Assembly: GCF_036971445.1 (NCBI RefSeq)
Contig: NC_091477.1
Location: 96,968,001 to 97,032,000, forward strand
From: Narcine bancroftii
Lineage: Eukaryota
DNA length: 64,000 nucleotides
Direction of reading: 5' to 3'
Shown: piece after piece, positions 13,545-25,943 of the stretch
Position numbering within the stretch: position 1 is the first letter of the stretch
Layout of the letters: each line of letters opens with the position of its first letter
Translations under genes and position numbers: made by a program
Notes under the pieces: model-generated
Told to the model about the DNA's origin: nothing
The model's database searches: none
The model's input: only the letters and a program-made list of their open reading frames with translations

Positions 13545-14163
13545 AGAAGATGTCGTCAGTGCCTCTTCTTCCTCAAGAGTTTGCAGAGGTTTGGTATGAC
13601 ATCAGAAACCCTAGCAAACATCCATAGAGGTGTGGTGGAACCTGTGCAGACTGGCTGCATTACAGTCTGGTATGGAAACACCAATACACATGAGCTTAAA
13701 GCCCTCCAAAAAGTAGTGGACACAGCCCACGACATCACAGGCAAAACCCTCCCACTATTGAGCACATCTACAGGGAATGCTGCTGTCGGAGAGCAGCAGC
13801 AATCATCAAAGACCTTCACATCCCAGAATACGCTCTGTTGTTGTAGGTGCCACAAGATTAGCACCACCAGGTTCAGGAACAGTTTGCTACCCCTTTACCA
13901 TCAGACTCCTCAACAACAAACTCAGAAACTCATTTAAGGACTCTTGTCCACTTTATTGCTTTTCTTTTTGTTCTCTTTGTATTGCACAGTCAATTTGTTT
14001 ACATTCAATATCTGTTTAGAGTTCTTTGTTTACGTGTTTTACACTGTGTAGTTTATTTTTTGCATTATCAATTAGTGGTAATTCTGGCACATGCACAGGA
14101 AAAAGGAATCTCAGGGTTGTATGTGATGCCATGTATTTACTCTGACAGTAAATCTAAAATCTG
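13545..14163 (+). mobile_element. Rex1/Babar-like LINE 3' end
   Basis: FFLKSLQRFGM..GCITVWYGN..LQKVVDTAHDITG..TTRFRNS. The 3' UTR ends aaatctaaaatctga; a sister copy lies at ~35115-35360. Confidence 0.75.
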
Positions 14164-14164
14164 A

Positions 14165-16212
14165 TACAGTATGTGGATAAGCATACCAGAGGAGTGGCCA
14201 CACTAGATTTAGTACTGAGTAATGAACCTGGTCAATACCAGACCAGGTTCATGATAAGGTTTACGACAGACCTCTCAGCGGGGGAGAATTTCAATGACAG
14301 TGTTCACAACTTCCTGACCTTTAGCATAGCTATGGACAAGGATAGGAGTTGACAAAATGGTAAAGTGTTTAATTAGAGAAGGAATAATTATGATGGGATT
14401 AGGCAGAAACTGGGGCAAGTAAATTGGGAACAGCTGCTCTCAAGGAAAAGCATAGAAGTAATGATGTTTAAAATTCAGAATCCCAATATTAAAAGAATGC
14501 ACTTGCTTTCTTTCATTGAAATTGTTAGTTATAGATAACGGATCCTTCGAAAACTGGTAATATTTGGGTTTGATTATCTGTGGGCACTCTGACAAATATG
14601 CATCTGTTCCGCAACTCAGCTGTAATGCTGTATGAAATCTTGAACCCCAACTACTGCATTCTAACGAGGCTTTACTGTATTAGGTCTACTGCAAATTTGC
14701 AATAGACCACTTGCTCAGGGTTCTGGATAGGTTTATCCCATTGAGACAGGGATAAGATGACAGGATAAGATAAATGTGGTTGACAGGTGGGTGGAGTCCT
14801 AAATGAATACTTCAGTGTTCACCAGAGAGAGGGACCATGGACAATGTGAGGTCATTAAAAAACCAGGTTATGTGCTGAAACAAGTAAGAAGACGTGCAGG
14901 ATCTTCTTAAAAATGGGACCAGAAGAGATATACCCCAGGTTACTAAAGGAAGTGAAGGAAGAGATTGCTGGGGCATTGGCATTTGTGTCCTCCCTGGCCA
15001 GAACAAGAGTATTGGAGAATGGAAAATGTAGTCCCCTTGTTTAAAAAAGGTAATAGAAAGAAACCTGGGAATTATAGACCAGTGTTTTAAATCAGCAATT
15101 GTTAGGAACAGGATTTATGAGCATTGAGAGAAGCGTAGTCTGCTTAGATATAATCAGTATGGCTTTGTGAAGGGGTAGGTCATGCCTCAAGTCTTAATTG
15201 AGGTATTTGAGGAAGTAACAAAAGAAATTGATGAAGGTAGGGCAGTAGATGTGCTGTATGTGGATTTTAGTAAGGTATTTGACAAGGTCCGGCATGGTTG
15301 GTAGATTCATTCAGAAAGTCATGAGGCATTGGGTCCACAGAGTCAAGGCTTTGTGGATTCAGAACTGGCTTGCCAGCAGAAAGCAGAGAGTAGTAGTAGA
15401 TGGAAAGTATTCTGCCTAGAGGTCAATGACAAGTGAGTTATGCAAGGATCTATTCTGGAAACCCTGCTTTGTGATGTTTATAAACAACCTGGATGAAGAA
15501 TTAAATGGATGGAACAGTATGTTTTCAGATACATGAAGGTTGGAGGTGTTATGGATAGTGCAGAAGGTTGCCACAGGTCACAATTGGATATAGACAGGAT
15601 GTAGAGCTAGGCACAAATGTGGCAGATTAAGTTCAATAGGATAAATGTTAAATGATGCATTTTCAAAAGTCGAACTTGAAGGTGAAGTGTATGGTTAATG
15701 GCAGAACTTTTAATAGTGTGGAAGAATAGAGGGACCTTGGGGTCCAAATCCATAGATTTCACAAGGTGATTGCACAGCTTGAAAGGGTAGTTAAGAAGGC
15801 TTGTGGTATGCTGGCCTTCATTAGTAGGGGGGATTGAGTTGAAGAGTTGAGATATAATGTATGCACCTCTAAGACTCTGATTAGACCATACTTGGAATAT
15901 TATGTTAAGTTCGGGTTGCCTCATTACAGGAAGGATGTAGAAACTTTAGAGAGGGTGCAGAGGAGATTTATCAGGATGTTACGTGGATTGGAAAATGTGT
16001 CTTATGAAACAAGGTTAGCAGAGTTTTCTCTTTGGTCTATATGATTATATAGAGGTCTATAAGATTATGAGAGGTACAGTAAGGATGGACAGCTATCACC
16101 CTCTTCCCAGGGTAACACTAGCAAATACCAGAGAACATCTGTACGAGGTGAGGGAAAGGAAAGTTTAAGGGAGACACCAGGGTAATTTGTTTTACACAGA
16201 GAGTAGTGGGTG
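14165..16212 (+). mobile_element. Older CR1 LINE (EN end + RT), internally deleted and lacking its 3' end
   Basis: LDLVLSNEPG, PGNYRPV, YVDFSKVFDKV, LIRPYLEY..ERVQRRF motifs with many disruptions. Confidence 0.9.
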
Positions 16213-17133
16213 CAGATGATACTAAAATAGGGGGAATTGTGGATGATGAAGAGGGTTTTCAAAGATTGCAGAGGGATTTAAACTGCTTAGAGGAGTGGAC
16301 AGAAAGATAGTAGATTGAGTTTAATGCTGATAAGTGAGGTGCTTCATTTTGGAAAGAATAATCAAAGCAAGATATATGTGGTAAATGGGAGTGCACTGAA
16401 GAATGTAGTGGAGCAGAAAGATCTAGGAATAACAGTGCATTGTTCCCTGAAGGTAGCAGCGCATGTGGATAGGGTGGTGAAGAAGGCCTTTAGTATGCTT
16501 GCCTATATAAATCAGTGCATAGAATAAAGGAGTTGGGAAGTAATGATGAAACTGTACAAGGCATTGGTGAGGTCAAATTTAGAGTACTGTATACAGTTCT
16601 GGTCACCGATTTATAGGAAGGATATTAACAAGATAGAGAGAGTGCAGAGGAGATTTACAAAAATGTTGCCTGGGCTTCAGCATCTGGAATACAAGGAAAG
16701 ATTGAGCAAATTAGGTCTTTATTCCTTGGAACGTAGAAGGCTGAGAGGGGATTTGATAGAAGTGTTTAAGATAATGAGAGGGATAGATAGAGTTGATGTG
16801 GGAAGGCTTTTCCCATTGAGAGTAGGAGAGATGGATACAAGAGGTCATGGGTTGAGAGTTGACGGGCAAAGGTTTAGGAGTAACATTGGGGGAACTTCTT
16901 TACTCAGAGGGTGGTTACTGTGTGGAATGGGCTTCTGGGAAAGGTGGTGGAAGCAAGGTCAATATTGTAATTTAAGAAAGAGTTGGATAAGTATATGGAT
17001 GGGAGGGGGATGGAGGGATATGGGCAGAGTGCTGGGAAGTGGGATTCGAGGAGGGTACTTGGATCAGTGTGGACTAGAAGGGCCAAATTGGCCTGTTTCT
17101 GTGCAGTAATTGCTATATGGTTATTGTTATATG
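16213..17133 (+). mobile_element. Younger CR1 LINE 3' fragment
   Basis: Starts at the (F)ADDTKIGG motif. ORF 16543-17109: LYKALVRSNLEYCIQFWSP..ERVQRRFTKM..LERRRLRGDLIEVFKI..TRGH; 3' UTR present. Confidence 0.92.
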
Positions 17134-20100
17134 TCAATATTTCATCTCATTATGCCATCTATTAATATCAATCATATTTGTATCTTTCCATGTACTAGCA
17201 ATACATTTTTTCACTACGGATAAAGCTAAATATACAAAAACAAGCTGAAGCTTGTTTAATCCCAAGCCTTTCAGAGCTTGCAAACTACCGAATAAAAATA
17301 CTGTTGGATCTAAAACTATTTTAATCTTATACAGATATTCTAAAAACGATTGAATTTTCTTCCAAAAAGATTGTATATGTATACATGACCAAACAGCATG
17401 AAAAAAAGTTCCAACCATGTCACCACATCTAAAACATAGATCTGATTCATTAAAACCATATTTTTTAAATTTTTCAGGTGTCAAATATATTTGATGTAAA
17501 AAATTGCAATTAATCATTGCATAATGTGCATTTATCAATCTAGTTACACTATCATAACAGATATCTAACCAATCCTCTTCAGAAAAAATAAAACCAATAT
17601 CCGCTTCCCATTTAATTTTAGATCTATCCCAACCCTTTTTATCCATACCATCCTGTAATTATTTGATACATAAATGAAATATAACCCTTCTCTGGTATCT
17701 TCATAAGAAAAGTCTCAAATTTAGTCATTTTAGGTAAAATCATCTCTCTACCAAACATACATTTTACCAAAGATCGAATTTGATAATAAAGAAATAAAGA
17801 ATTCTTATCAATACCAAAATCTTCCCTCATCTGATTAAAAGATAAAAACTTACCCTCTTTAAAACAATCTCCCAAATTTTTCACACCTTTAAATCTCCAA
17901 TGCAATAAACTTTGATTATGTATTGAAAAAGAAATAAGTTGATTATTATACAACGGAGTCAAAGCCAATAATTTACCCCTAGAACCTATCATTTTATTTT
18001 TCTTTATCTATAACTTCATTAAATGTTTTAGTATAGGCACATTATATTGTTGTAACAAATTCATATTCCACCTAAACAAAAATTGATGTATTTCAAATTC
18101 AGAAATATTTGCCATCTCAATTTTAGCCCAACTTGGAGGCCGCACCAAATCCTTCAATGAACTAATAAATTTAAGTTGGGCTGCCTCATAATAATTTTGA
18201 AAATGTGGTAAACGTAATCCCCCTAACTCATATTTCCGTTAATTTATTCAAAGCTACTCTCAAAAATTTATCCCTCCATAAAAACTCCCTAACCATTTTA
18301 TTTAAATCTCGAAAAAAAATTTTATCAAGTAAATACAGAATAGATTGAAACAATTATTGTATACACAGAAAGATATTCATCTTAATTGTATTTATCATTC
18401 CCATTAAATTAATAGGTAAATCTTTCCATTTAATCAAATCAGTTTTAATTTTTTTCATTAACGGAGCACAATTTAATTTATATAAAGATTGATAATTAAC
18501 ATTCAAAATTATACCCAGATATTTAATTCGATCAGTCCACTTCAAATTAATAATATTCTTATAAACTGAATAATCTCCTTCACTTACCAGTAATATTTCA
18601 CTTTTTTCCCAATTAACTTTATATCCAGAAAGACATCCATATTGTATTAAATATTCCTTCAAATCCAAAAGTGACTGAGCTGGGTTTATTAAATACGTCA
18701 ATACATCATCAGCAAATAAATTAATTTTATACTCCTCATCTACAACTTTCATACCTTGTATCTGTGTATTTTGTCTTATCAACTGTGCAAAAGTTCAATC
18801 ACTAACACAAACAAAGCTGGTGATAAAGGACAACCTTGACGAGTTGATTGAGTTAAATTAAAAGATTCTGAAATCAAACCATTTGTCAATACTCTAGCTA
18901 CCGGTTTACTATATAGAGCTGTAATCCAACCAATAAAAGAAGGACCAAACTTAAATTTCTCCAAAACTTTAAACAAAAAATTCCATTCAACTCTATCAAA
19001 TACTTTTTCTGCATCTAAGGATATCACCATCGGATGATCTAAAGATTGTCAAAATCTATTAATCAAACTAATCATACGCAAAATGTTATCTGAAGCATAT
19101 CTATTCTTTATAAAACCTGTTTGATCAATATGAATCAACTTTGGTAAAATTTTTGCCAATCTATTTGCAAATATTTTAGCTATTATTTTATAATCTACAT
19201 TTAACAACGAAATTGGTCTATATGAAGATACTTTCAAAGGATCTCTATCTTTTTTAGGAATTACTGTAATTAAAGCACTAGAACAAGACTCAGGTAATTC
19301 ATAATGTTCTCCAACTTGATGTAATACAACCCCAAACACTGTAGATAAATCAGCATAAAAAATTTTATAAAATTCAACCGAAAATCCATCATCACCAGGC
19401 AATTTACCGTTCAGCATTTCCAGCATAGCTATTTTAATTTCCGAATCAGTAAATGGTTCTTCTAACTCCTGTATATCTCCATCCTCTAATATCAGTAAAT
19501 TCAACTGTGATAAATAAAGATCAATCAATCCAGTTTCCTGTTTTCCTTCAGATGTATATAACTTTTTATAAAATTCATTATTAATCTCACAAGGTTTCTA
19601 AGTAATAAGAGAATTCTGTCTAACAGCATAAATAGTCCTTGATATTTGTTCTTTCTTTAATTGCCATGCCAATACCTTATGTGGTTTCTCTCCCCATTCA
19701 TAATGCCATTGTTTAGTCCTATTAATCACATATTCAAATTGATAAGATTGCAAGGTATTATATTTCAATTTCAGCCTAGATAATTCTATTTTCTGATCTT
19801 CTGTAGCATCTTTCTGAAATTCTTTTTCTAACTCATCGATCTGTTTCTCTAATTCAAGACTCTGATTTAATCGATTCTTTTTTATTTTAGAAGTATAACT
19901 AATTATTTGTCCTCTCAAATAGGCTTTCATAGCATCCCATAATACAAACTTACTTTGAACAGATTTAGAATTTTCTTTAAAAAAAATTAATTTGTTTTTT
20001 CAAAAAATCAATAAATTCCATATTTTTTAACAACATTGTATTAAATCTCCAACAATAAGCTATTTGAATTTTCTCAGAAGTTTCATATGTAAAATATAAC

Positions 20101-23100
20101 AGAAAATGATCTGAAATCACCCTACTTTTATATTCCGCTTGTTGTATTTTCCCTTGTAAGTGTGCCGATACCAAAAAGAAGTCAATCCTTGAAAACGATT
20201 CATGTCTAGATGAATAAAAGGAAAAATCTTTCTCTGTCGGATTAAGATGTCTCCAAATATCTACTAAATTAAGATCTTTCATCAACGCTTGGACCTGGAT
20301 TGCCATCTTGATTTTTTTAACTTTCTTCGGAGATTTATCTAATAAAGGTTGCAAAACACAATTAAAATCACCACCAACTAAAATATTATTATTAGCTTGA
20401 CCCAAACATAAAAATGCATCTGAAATAAATACTTCATCATCTACATTTGGAGCATAAATATTAAGTAAAGTCCAAAATTCATTAAAAATCTTACAATTCA
20501 ATTTAAGAATACATCCTGCCTTTTCTTCCATTGATTGTAATTCAAAAGATAAATTTTTATGTATCAAAATTGCTACACCTTTAGCTCTAGAATTAAATGA
20601 AGAAGAATATACATGCCCAACTCAATCCCTTTTTAATTTCACACTTTCCTTCACATTCAAATGTGTTTCTTGTAAAAGGGCAATATCAATTTTCATTTTC
20701 TTAATAAACGCCAAGACTCGCTTATGTTTAATCGGACTATTTAATCCTCGAATATTAAAAGTAGCAAACTTCAACTTTGACATATCTACTATTATTACTA
20801 AAGACCAATAATATCTTTATATAAAAACTCAAATCAACGTATATAGGCCCTCCAATAAAAAAAATCACAACTTAAAAACTAAGAAAAAAGTAAAAAATAA
20901 ATAAAAATGAAAAAAATTCCCCCCCCCCAAAAAAACTACCAAAAGGTAGTAATCCCCTAAACAAAAATTGGGTGTGGATCACTCATCAGTGGCTGATGAC
21001 TAATAAAGGACTTAGTGCAAATCTCTCCCTCCCCAGCCAAATAATCAGTAACATCAAAATATCATAATAACAAGAGAAAAAATAAAATAAGAAAATTCTT
21101 CTTTTCATCCAAAAGACTCCAATCTCGAAGATTCCATTTCGGAAGAAGGTAGACTCTTTCCATTCCCATTTTTCCCATTTCTGCCATTTCTTCCATTTCC
21201 AGAGCTACCAAATTTTCCTTTAGGAGATAATGGTGGACTATGTCTTTGTCCTCTTATATCTGGCAATGAGTCAGCAAAAATCTTTGCTTCACAATCAGTT
21301 TCAAAAAACCAAAATTGATAGTCTCCGTAAAACACCTTCAACACTGCAGGGTAACGAAAAGTAAACTTATAACCTTTATGCCACAAAACTTCTTTAACTG
21401 GATTGAATCGACATCGACGTTGAATGACATTTTGACTCAGATCAGGATAGAAATAGACTCTGCTATTCTGAATCAATAATGGGGTTTGTCATTGTCTCGC
21501 ATTTTGTACTGCAAGATGAAGTATTGCTTCTCTATCCAAATAACACAGTCATCGAATTATTACCAGTCTCGGGGGTTGACCAGCTGAGGGCAATTTTCTT
21601 AAAGCTCTCTTGGCTCTTTCCAGTGCCAATCCCCCATGGAAAAATTCTTGCCCTAATATTTGTGGAATCCAGTCTTTAAAAAAACGAAGAGGATTTTGTC
21701 CTTCCATACCTTCTGGCAAACCAACAATTTTCACATTATTCCTTCTGCTTCGATTTTCCAAATAATCTATTTTTCTTTCTAGCTCCTTCTCACGATCTCC
21801 TAATTCTATGACTGATTTTTACACCTTCAACACTTTTTCTATGTTGGAAATCACTTGTTGTTTACAGTCCAAAAAAGCAGTCTGAATTTTTAAAAAAACT
21901 TCATAAGATGCATCCACATGTGTCTTAACCATATTTAATTCTGAACTTATACCAGCATTATTTTGAACCATTTCATTCATTTGAGATGTCAACAAATCCA
22001 TTCCAGGTTTTATTTCTTTCTTTGGCTTGGCTTCGCGGACGAAGATTTATGGAGGGGGTAAAAAGTCCACGTCAGCTGCAGGCTCGTTTGTGGCTGACAA
22101 GTCCGATGCGGGACAGGCAGACACGATTGCAGCGGTTGCAAGGGAAAATTGGTTGGTTGGGGTTGGGTGTTGGGTTTTTCCTCCTTTGCCTTTTGTCAGT
22201 GAGGTGGGCTCTGCGGTCTTCTTCAAAGGAGGTTGCTGCCCGCCAAATTGTGAGGTGCCAAGATGCACGGTTTGAGGCGTTATCAGCCCACTGGCGGTGG
22301 TCAATGTGGCAGGCACCAAGAGATTTCTTTAGGCAGTCCTTGTACCTTTTCTTTGGTGCACCTCTGTCACGGTGGCCAGTGGAGAGCTCGCCATATAATA
22401 CGATCTTGGGAAGGCGATGGTCCTCCATTCTGGAGACGTGACCCATCCAGCGCAGCTGGATCTTCAGCAGCGTGGACTCGATGCTGTCGACCTCTGCCAT
22501 CTCGAGTACTTCGACGTTAGGGGTGTAAGCGCTCCAATGGATGTTGAGGATGGAGCGGAGACAACGCTGGTGGAAGCATTCTAGGTGGTGCCGGTAGAGG
22601 ACCCATGATTCGGAGCCGAACAGGAGTGTGGGTATGACAACGGCTCTGTATACGCTTATCTTTGTGAGGTTTTTCAGTTGGTTGTTTTTCCAGACTCTTT
22701 TGTGTAGTCTTCCAAAGGCGCTATTTGCCTTGGCGAGTCTGTTGCTATCTCATTGTAGATCCTTGCATCTGCTGAAATGGTGCAGCCGACATAGGTAAAC
22801 TGGTTGACCGTTTTGAGTTTTGTGTGCCCGATGGAGATGTGGGGTGGCTGGTAGTCATGGTGGGGAGCTGGCTGATGGAGGACCTCAGTTTTCTTCAGGC
22901 TGACTTCTAGGCCAAACATTTTGGCAGTTTCCGCAAAGCAGGACGTCAAGCGCTGAAGAGCTGGCTCTGAATGGGCAACTAAAGCGGCATCATCTGCAAA
23001 GAGTAGTTCACGGACAAGTTTCTCTTGTGTCTTGGTGTGAGCTTGCAGGCGCCTCAGATTAAAGGCTGTGTACGGCCCCTCACCCCAAGTCCAAAGCCCG

Positions 23101-24725
23101 CTGCGCAGCTCAGACGGCAAAGTCCTCCTCAGCGACAAGATCTCCATCCTCAACCGATGGTCAGAACACTTCCAATCTCTTTTCAGTGCCAACCGCTCAG
23201 TCCAAGATTCCGCCCTGCTCCAGCTCCCTCAACAGCCCCTAAGGCTAGAGCTGGATGAGGTTCCCACCCTGGATGAGACATATAAGGCAATCGAACAACT
23301 GAAAAGTGGCAAAGCAGCAGGTATGGATGGAATCCCCCCAGAAGTCTGGAAGGCTGGCGGCAAAACTCTGCATGCCAAACTGCATGAGTTTTTCAAGCCT
23401 TGTTGGGACCAAGGTAAACTGCCTCAGGATCTTCGTGATGCCACCATCATCACCCTGTACAAAAACAAAGGCGAGAAATCAGACTGCTCAAACTACAGGG
23501 GAATCACGTTGCTCTCCATTGCAGGCAAAATCTTCGCTAGGATTCTACTAAATAGAATAATACCTAGTGTCGCCGAGAATATTCTCCCAGAATCACAGTG
23601 TGGCTTTCGCGCAAACAGAGGAACCACTGACATGGTCTTTGCCCTCAGACAGCTCCAAGAAAAGTGCAGAGAACAAAACAAAGGACTCTACATCACCTTT
23701 GTTGACCTCACCAAAGCCTTCGACACCGTGAGCAGGAAAGGGCTTTGGCAAATACTAGAGCGCATCGGATGTCCCCCAAAGTTCCTCAACATGATTATCC
23801 AACTGCACGAAAACCAACAAGGTCGGGTCAGATACAGCAATGAGCTCTCTGAACCCTTCTCCATTAACAATGGCGTGAAGCAAGACTGTGTTCTCGCACC
23901 AACCCTCTTTTCAATCTTCTTCAGCATGATGCTGAACCAAGCCATGAAAGACCCCAACAATGAAGACGCTGTTTACATCCGGTACCGCACGGATGGCAGT
24001 CTCCAGGTTTTATAACAGCTTGAATAACTGCATTCAATTGCATACACTGTGAATCAGTAAATCTCAGCTCTGCTCTCTCTGACATGGTAGCAGAACAAGG
24101 TCACTGCAGCTCCTGCTACAATTCAACAGAAGGCATTTTAAAAGTTTTACTGCGGGTCTGGACTCCCAGCGACGGTACCCCGTCTTCCTCTGGGGGTCGC
24201 TGTTGGTCTCCCCCTGCATCTTGTTGTTTTCTCATCAATTCACGAAGAAAAACAATTTCTTCAGATTGAAATGCTACCTGATGCATTTCCAACAATAGAG
24301 TCGTCTTCCTGCATGCACCCTCCATTGAAATTGAAAGGCTTTCCAAATCGGGGTCCACTTCTTGGGAACACGCACCTTCTTCTGGAGAACGGGTAATTCC
24401 AGCGCCATCCTTCATTTGATGAGTAATAGGTTTTTATTTTCAGCCCCCACAGGCGATCTTTGGGATTTAGGTAATGAAGAAATTGAGCCTGGGGCTGTTT
24501 CAAGTCGTCTAGGCCCAAGATCTTCAACACTTCGAAAATGAATCTTCTTTTGAACTTGAGGTTTAGTCTTTTTACCATTAGTGGCTATAATAATTCCTTA
24601 ATACTTTAAACTAAAATTTAGAAAGTTTAAACTTGAAAACAAAGGGTTAAAAAACGGGTATTTAAAAGTCTGGCCAGAGAGGTCGAGATTGCACGTCTAG
24701 ACTCTATGCCATCTTGCCATGCCCA
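17134..24725 (-). mobile_element. 5'-complete L1-clade LINE (ORF1 ~24588-21105, ORF2 20783-~17134), pseudogenised, interrupted by an RTE, 3' end lost
   Basis: ORF1 has ENRSRRNNVKIVGLPEG, LERAKRA, YFYPDLS, FRYPAVLKV. ORF2 starts MSKLKFATFNIRGLNSPIK..LQETH (APE) and has NIYAPN, GGDFN, SRIDFF, SDH, YRPISLLNVDYKI, SLDAEKVFDRVEW, RQGCPLSP, LFADD and the CFRC..H..W.C zinc knuckle. Several frameshifts and stops. Confidence 0.95.
22014..24001 (-). mobile_element. Young RTE-clade LINE, 5'-truncated and 5'-inverted, with 12-bp TSD
   Basis: TSD TCCAGGTTTTAT at 22002-22013 and 24002-24013; (AAAG)n tail at ~22014-22023. The 3' part is on the - strand (LLFADD, QLRWMGHVSRM, CNRC..H..C). The 5' part (~23060-24003) is on the + strand (GMDGIPPE, NYRGITLLS, ESQCGFR, FVDLTKAFDTV, GVKQDC). 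Confidence 0.93.
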
Positions 24726-24984
24726 CATTCAATGATTTCTGATGGGCAGCCCAAGTCATTTACATGTTAGACACTGGGCTCCTGAAATGGATATTCCATT
24801 CTGAGCCCTGTCATGGCAAGAGATTATCAAGTGAATAGAGGAAATACTTCAAGGAAGAAGATCTACATCCTTACTGACTCATGAAAATCACTCACCTGTG
24901 ACTTCTAAAGGAAGGAACATATGCGAGCACTGATCACTTGGTGTCCCTTCACCCATGAAGAAGGCACACCAATGTCTGTAGTTT

Positions 24985-25470
24985 CAAAGGAATCTGAGAT
25001 ACTCAATCAAACTTTTACAGGTGCATTGTGGAAAGTATACTGGCTAATTGCATCAGAGCCTGGTTTGTACATTCAAGGGCCCAGGAACGTAGAAGGCTGC
25101 AGAAGGTTACGAACATAGCCGACCTCACATCCATTGCAAACAAATATGTGAGATGCTGCCTCAAGAATACAGCCAACATTATAAAGGACCCCCCATCACC
25201 CTGATCAAACCCTGTTGTCATGGCTACCTTTGGGCAGAAGGCTCAGAAGCCTGAAAACCAGCTCCTCTAGGTTCACAAACAGTTTCTTTCCAACAACTAT
25301 CAAACTCTTGAACTTCCCCTTGTCACCCTAATTATGGACTGCTCCAAAAGCATAAAATGACTGCACTATTGCTGTTCTTTATTTTTATACTAGGGTAACT
25401 GTGAACATTTATTATCTATCCATGCTTTGTCTATTTATTGTCAATTTAATTCAATTAAATATTTAGTTTG
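24985..25470 (+). mobile_element. Rex1/Babar-like LINE 3' fragment
   Basis: FYRCIVESIL, IIKDPPSP, LGRR..LKTS..RFTNSFFP motifs. Confidence 0.65.
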
Positions 25471-25472
25471 TA

Positions 25473-25943
25473 CAGGTACTCGCCAACATACATCTGTGTT
25501 CTGTTCTGGATAACCAGTCATATCTTGGAATAGACATAGGTTGGGGAATTGCCTTACCTGTGATACTGAAGAGTAAAACAATCGATTTCCTTCCGTTCTC
25601 TATCTCCGAATTCTTCTAATTCTCTCTGTTGCTGCGTACCCTTAGCACCCTGCAAATTCTACTGGCCTCTAAAATCTGTCTGACTGTCAGAATATTGAGC
25701 AACAGAATCAGAAAAAAAAACAGGACACAAGGAGTTAAAATGCAGTGAAATACCTCAACACAGTGGCCACAAAGGCCAGCTCTTGTGACAGGTTAGTCAC
25801 TAGCCAACATTGCAGCCACCTTAGATAGGCCTAATTTTGACCATAATCATGTAGGGTTTATATTTTTTCTTTATTTAAAAAAAAAATCAGTTTTATGTAC
25901 AGAAGGATGTAAGTCACATAGGTCGCAAGTTGGAGAGTACCTG
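25473..25943 (-). mobile_element. Tigger/mariner-like MITE (same family as 55520-56017)
   Basis: TA|CAGGTACTCGCCAAC...GTTGGAGAGTACCTG|TA TIRs. Confidence 0.8.

Noticed and set aside
20983-21025. Hammerhead ribozyme (CTGATGA core)
   Set aside because: No correctly placed GAAA after a stem II on either strand; the CTGATGA is one arm of a simple hairpin.
23068-24015. Independent + strand reverse transcriptase gene or retron-like system
   Set aside because: It is the inverted 5' arm of the RTE insertion; it lacks the catalytic FADD motif, which lies in the opposite-strand arm.
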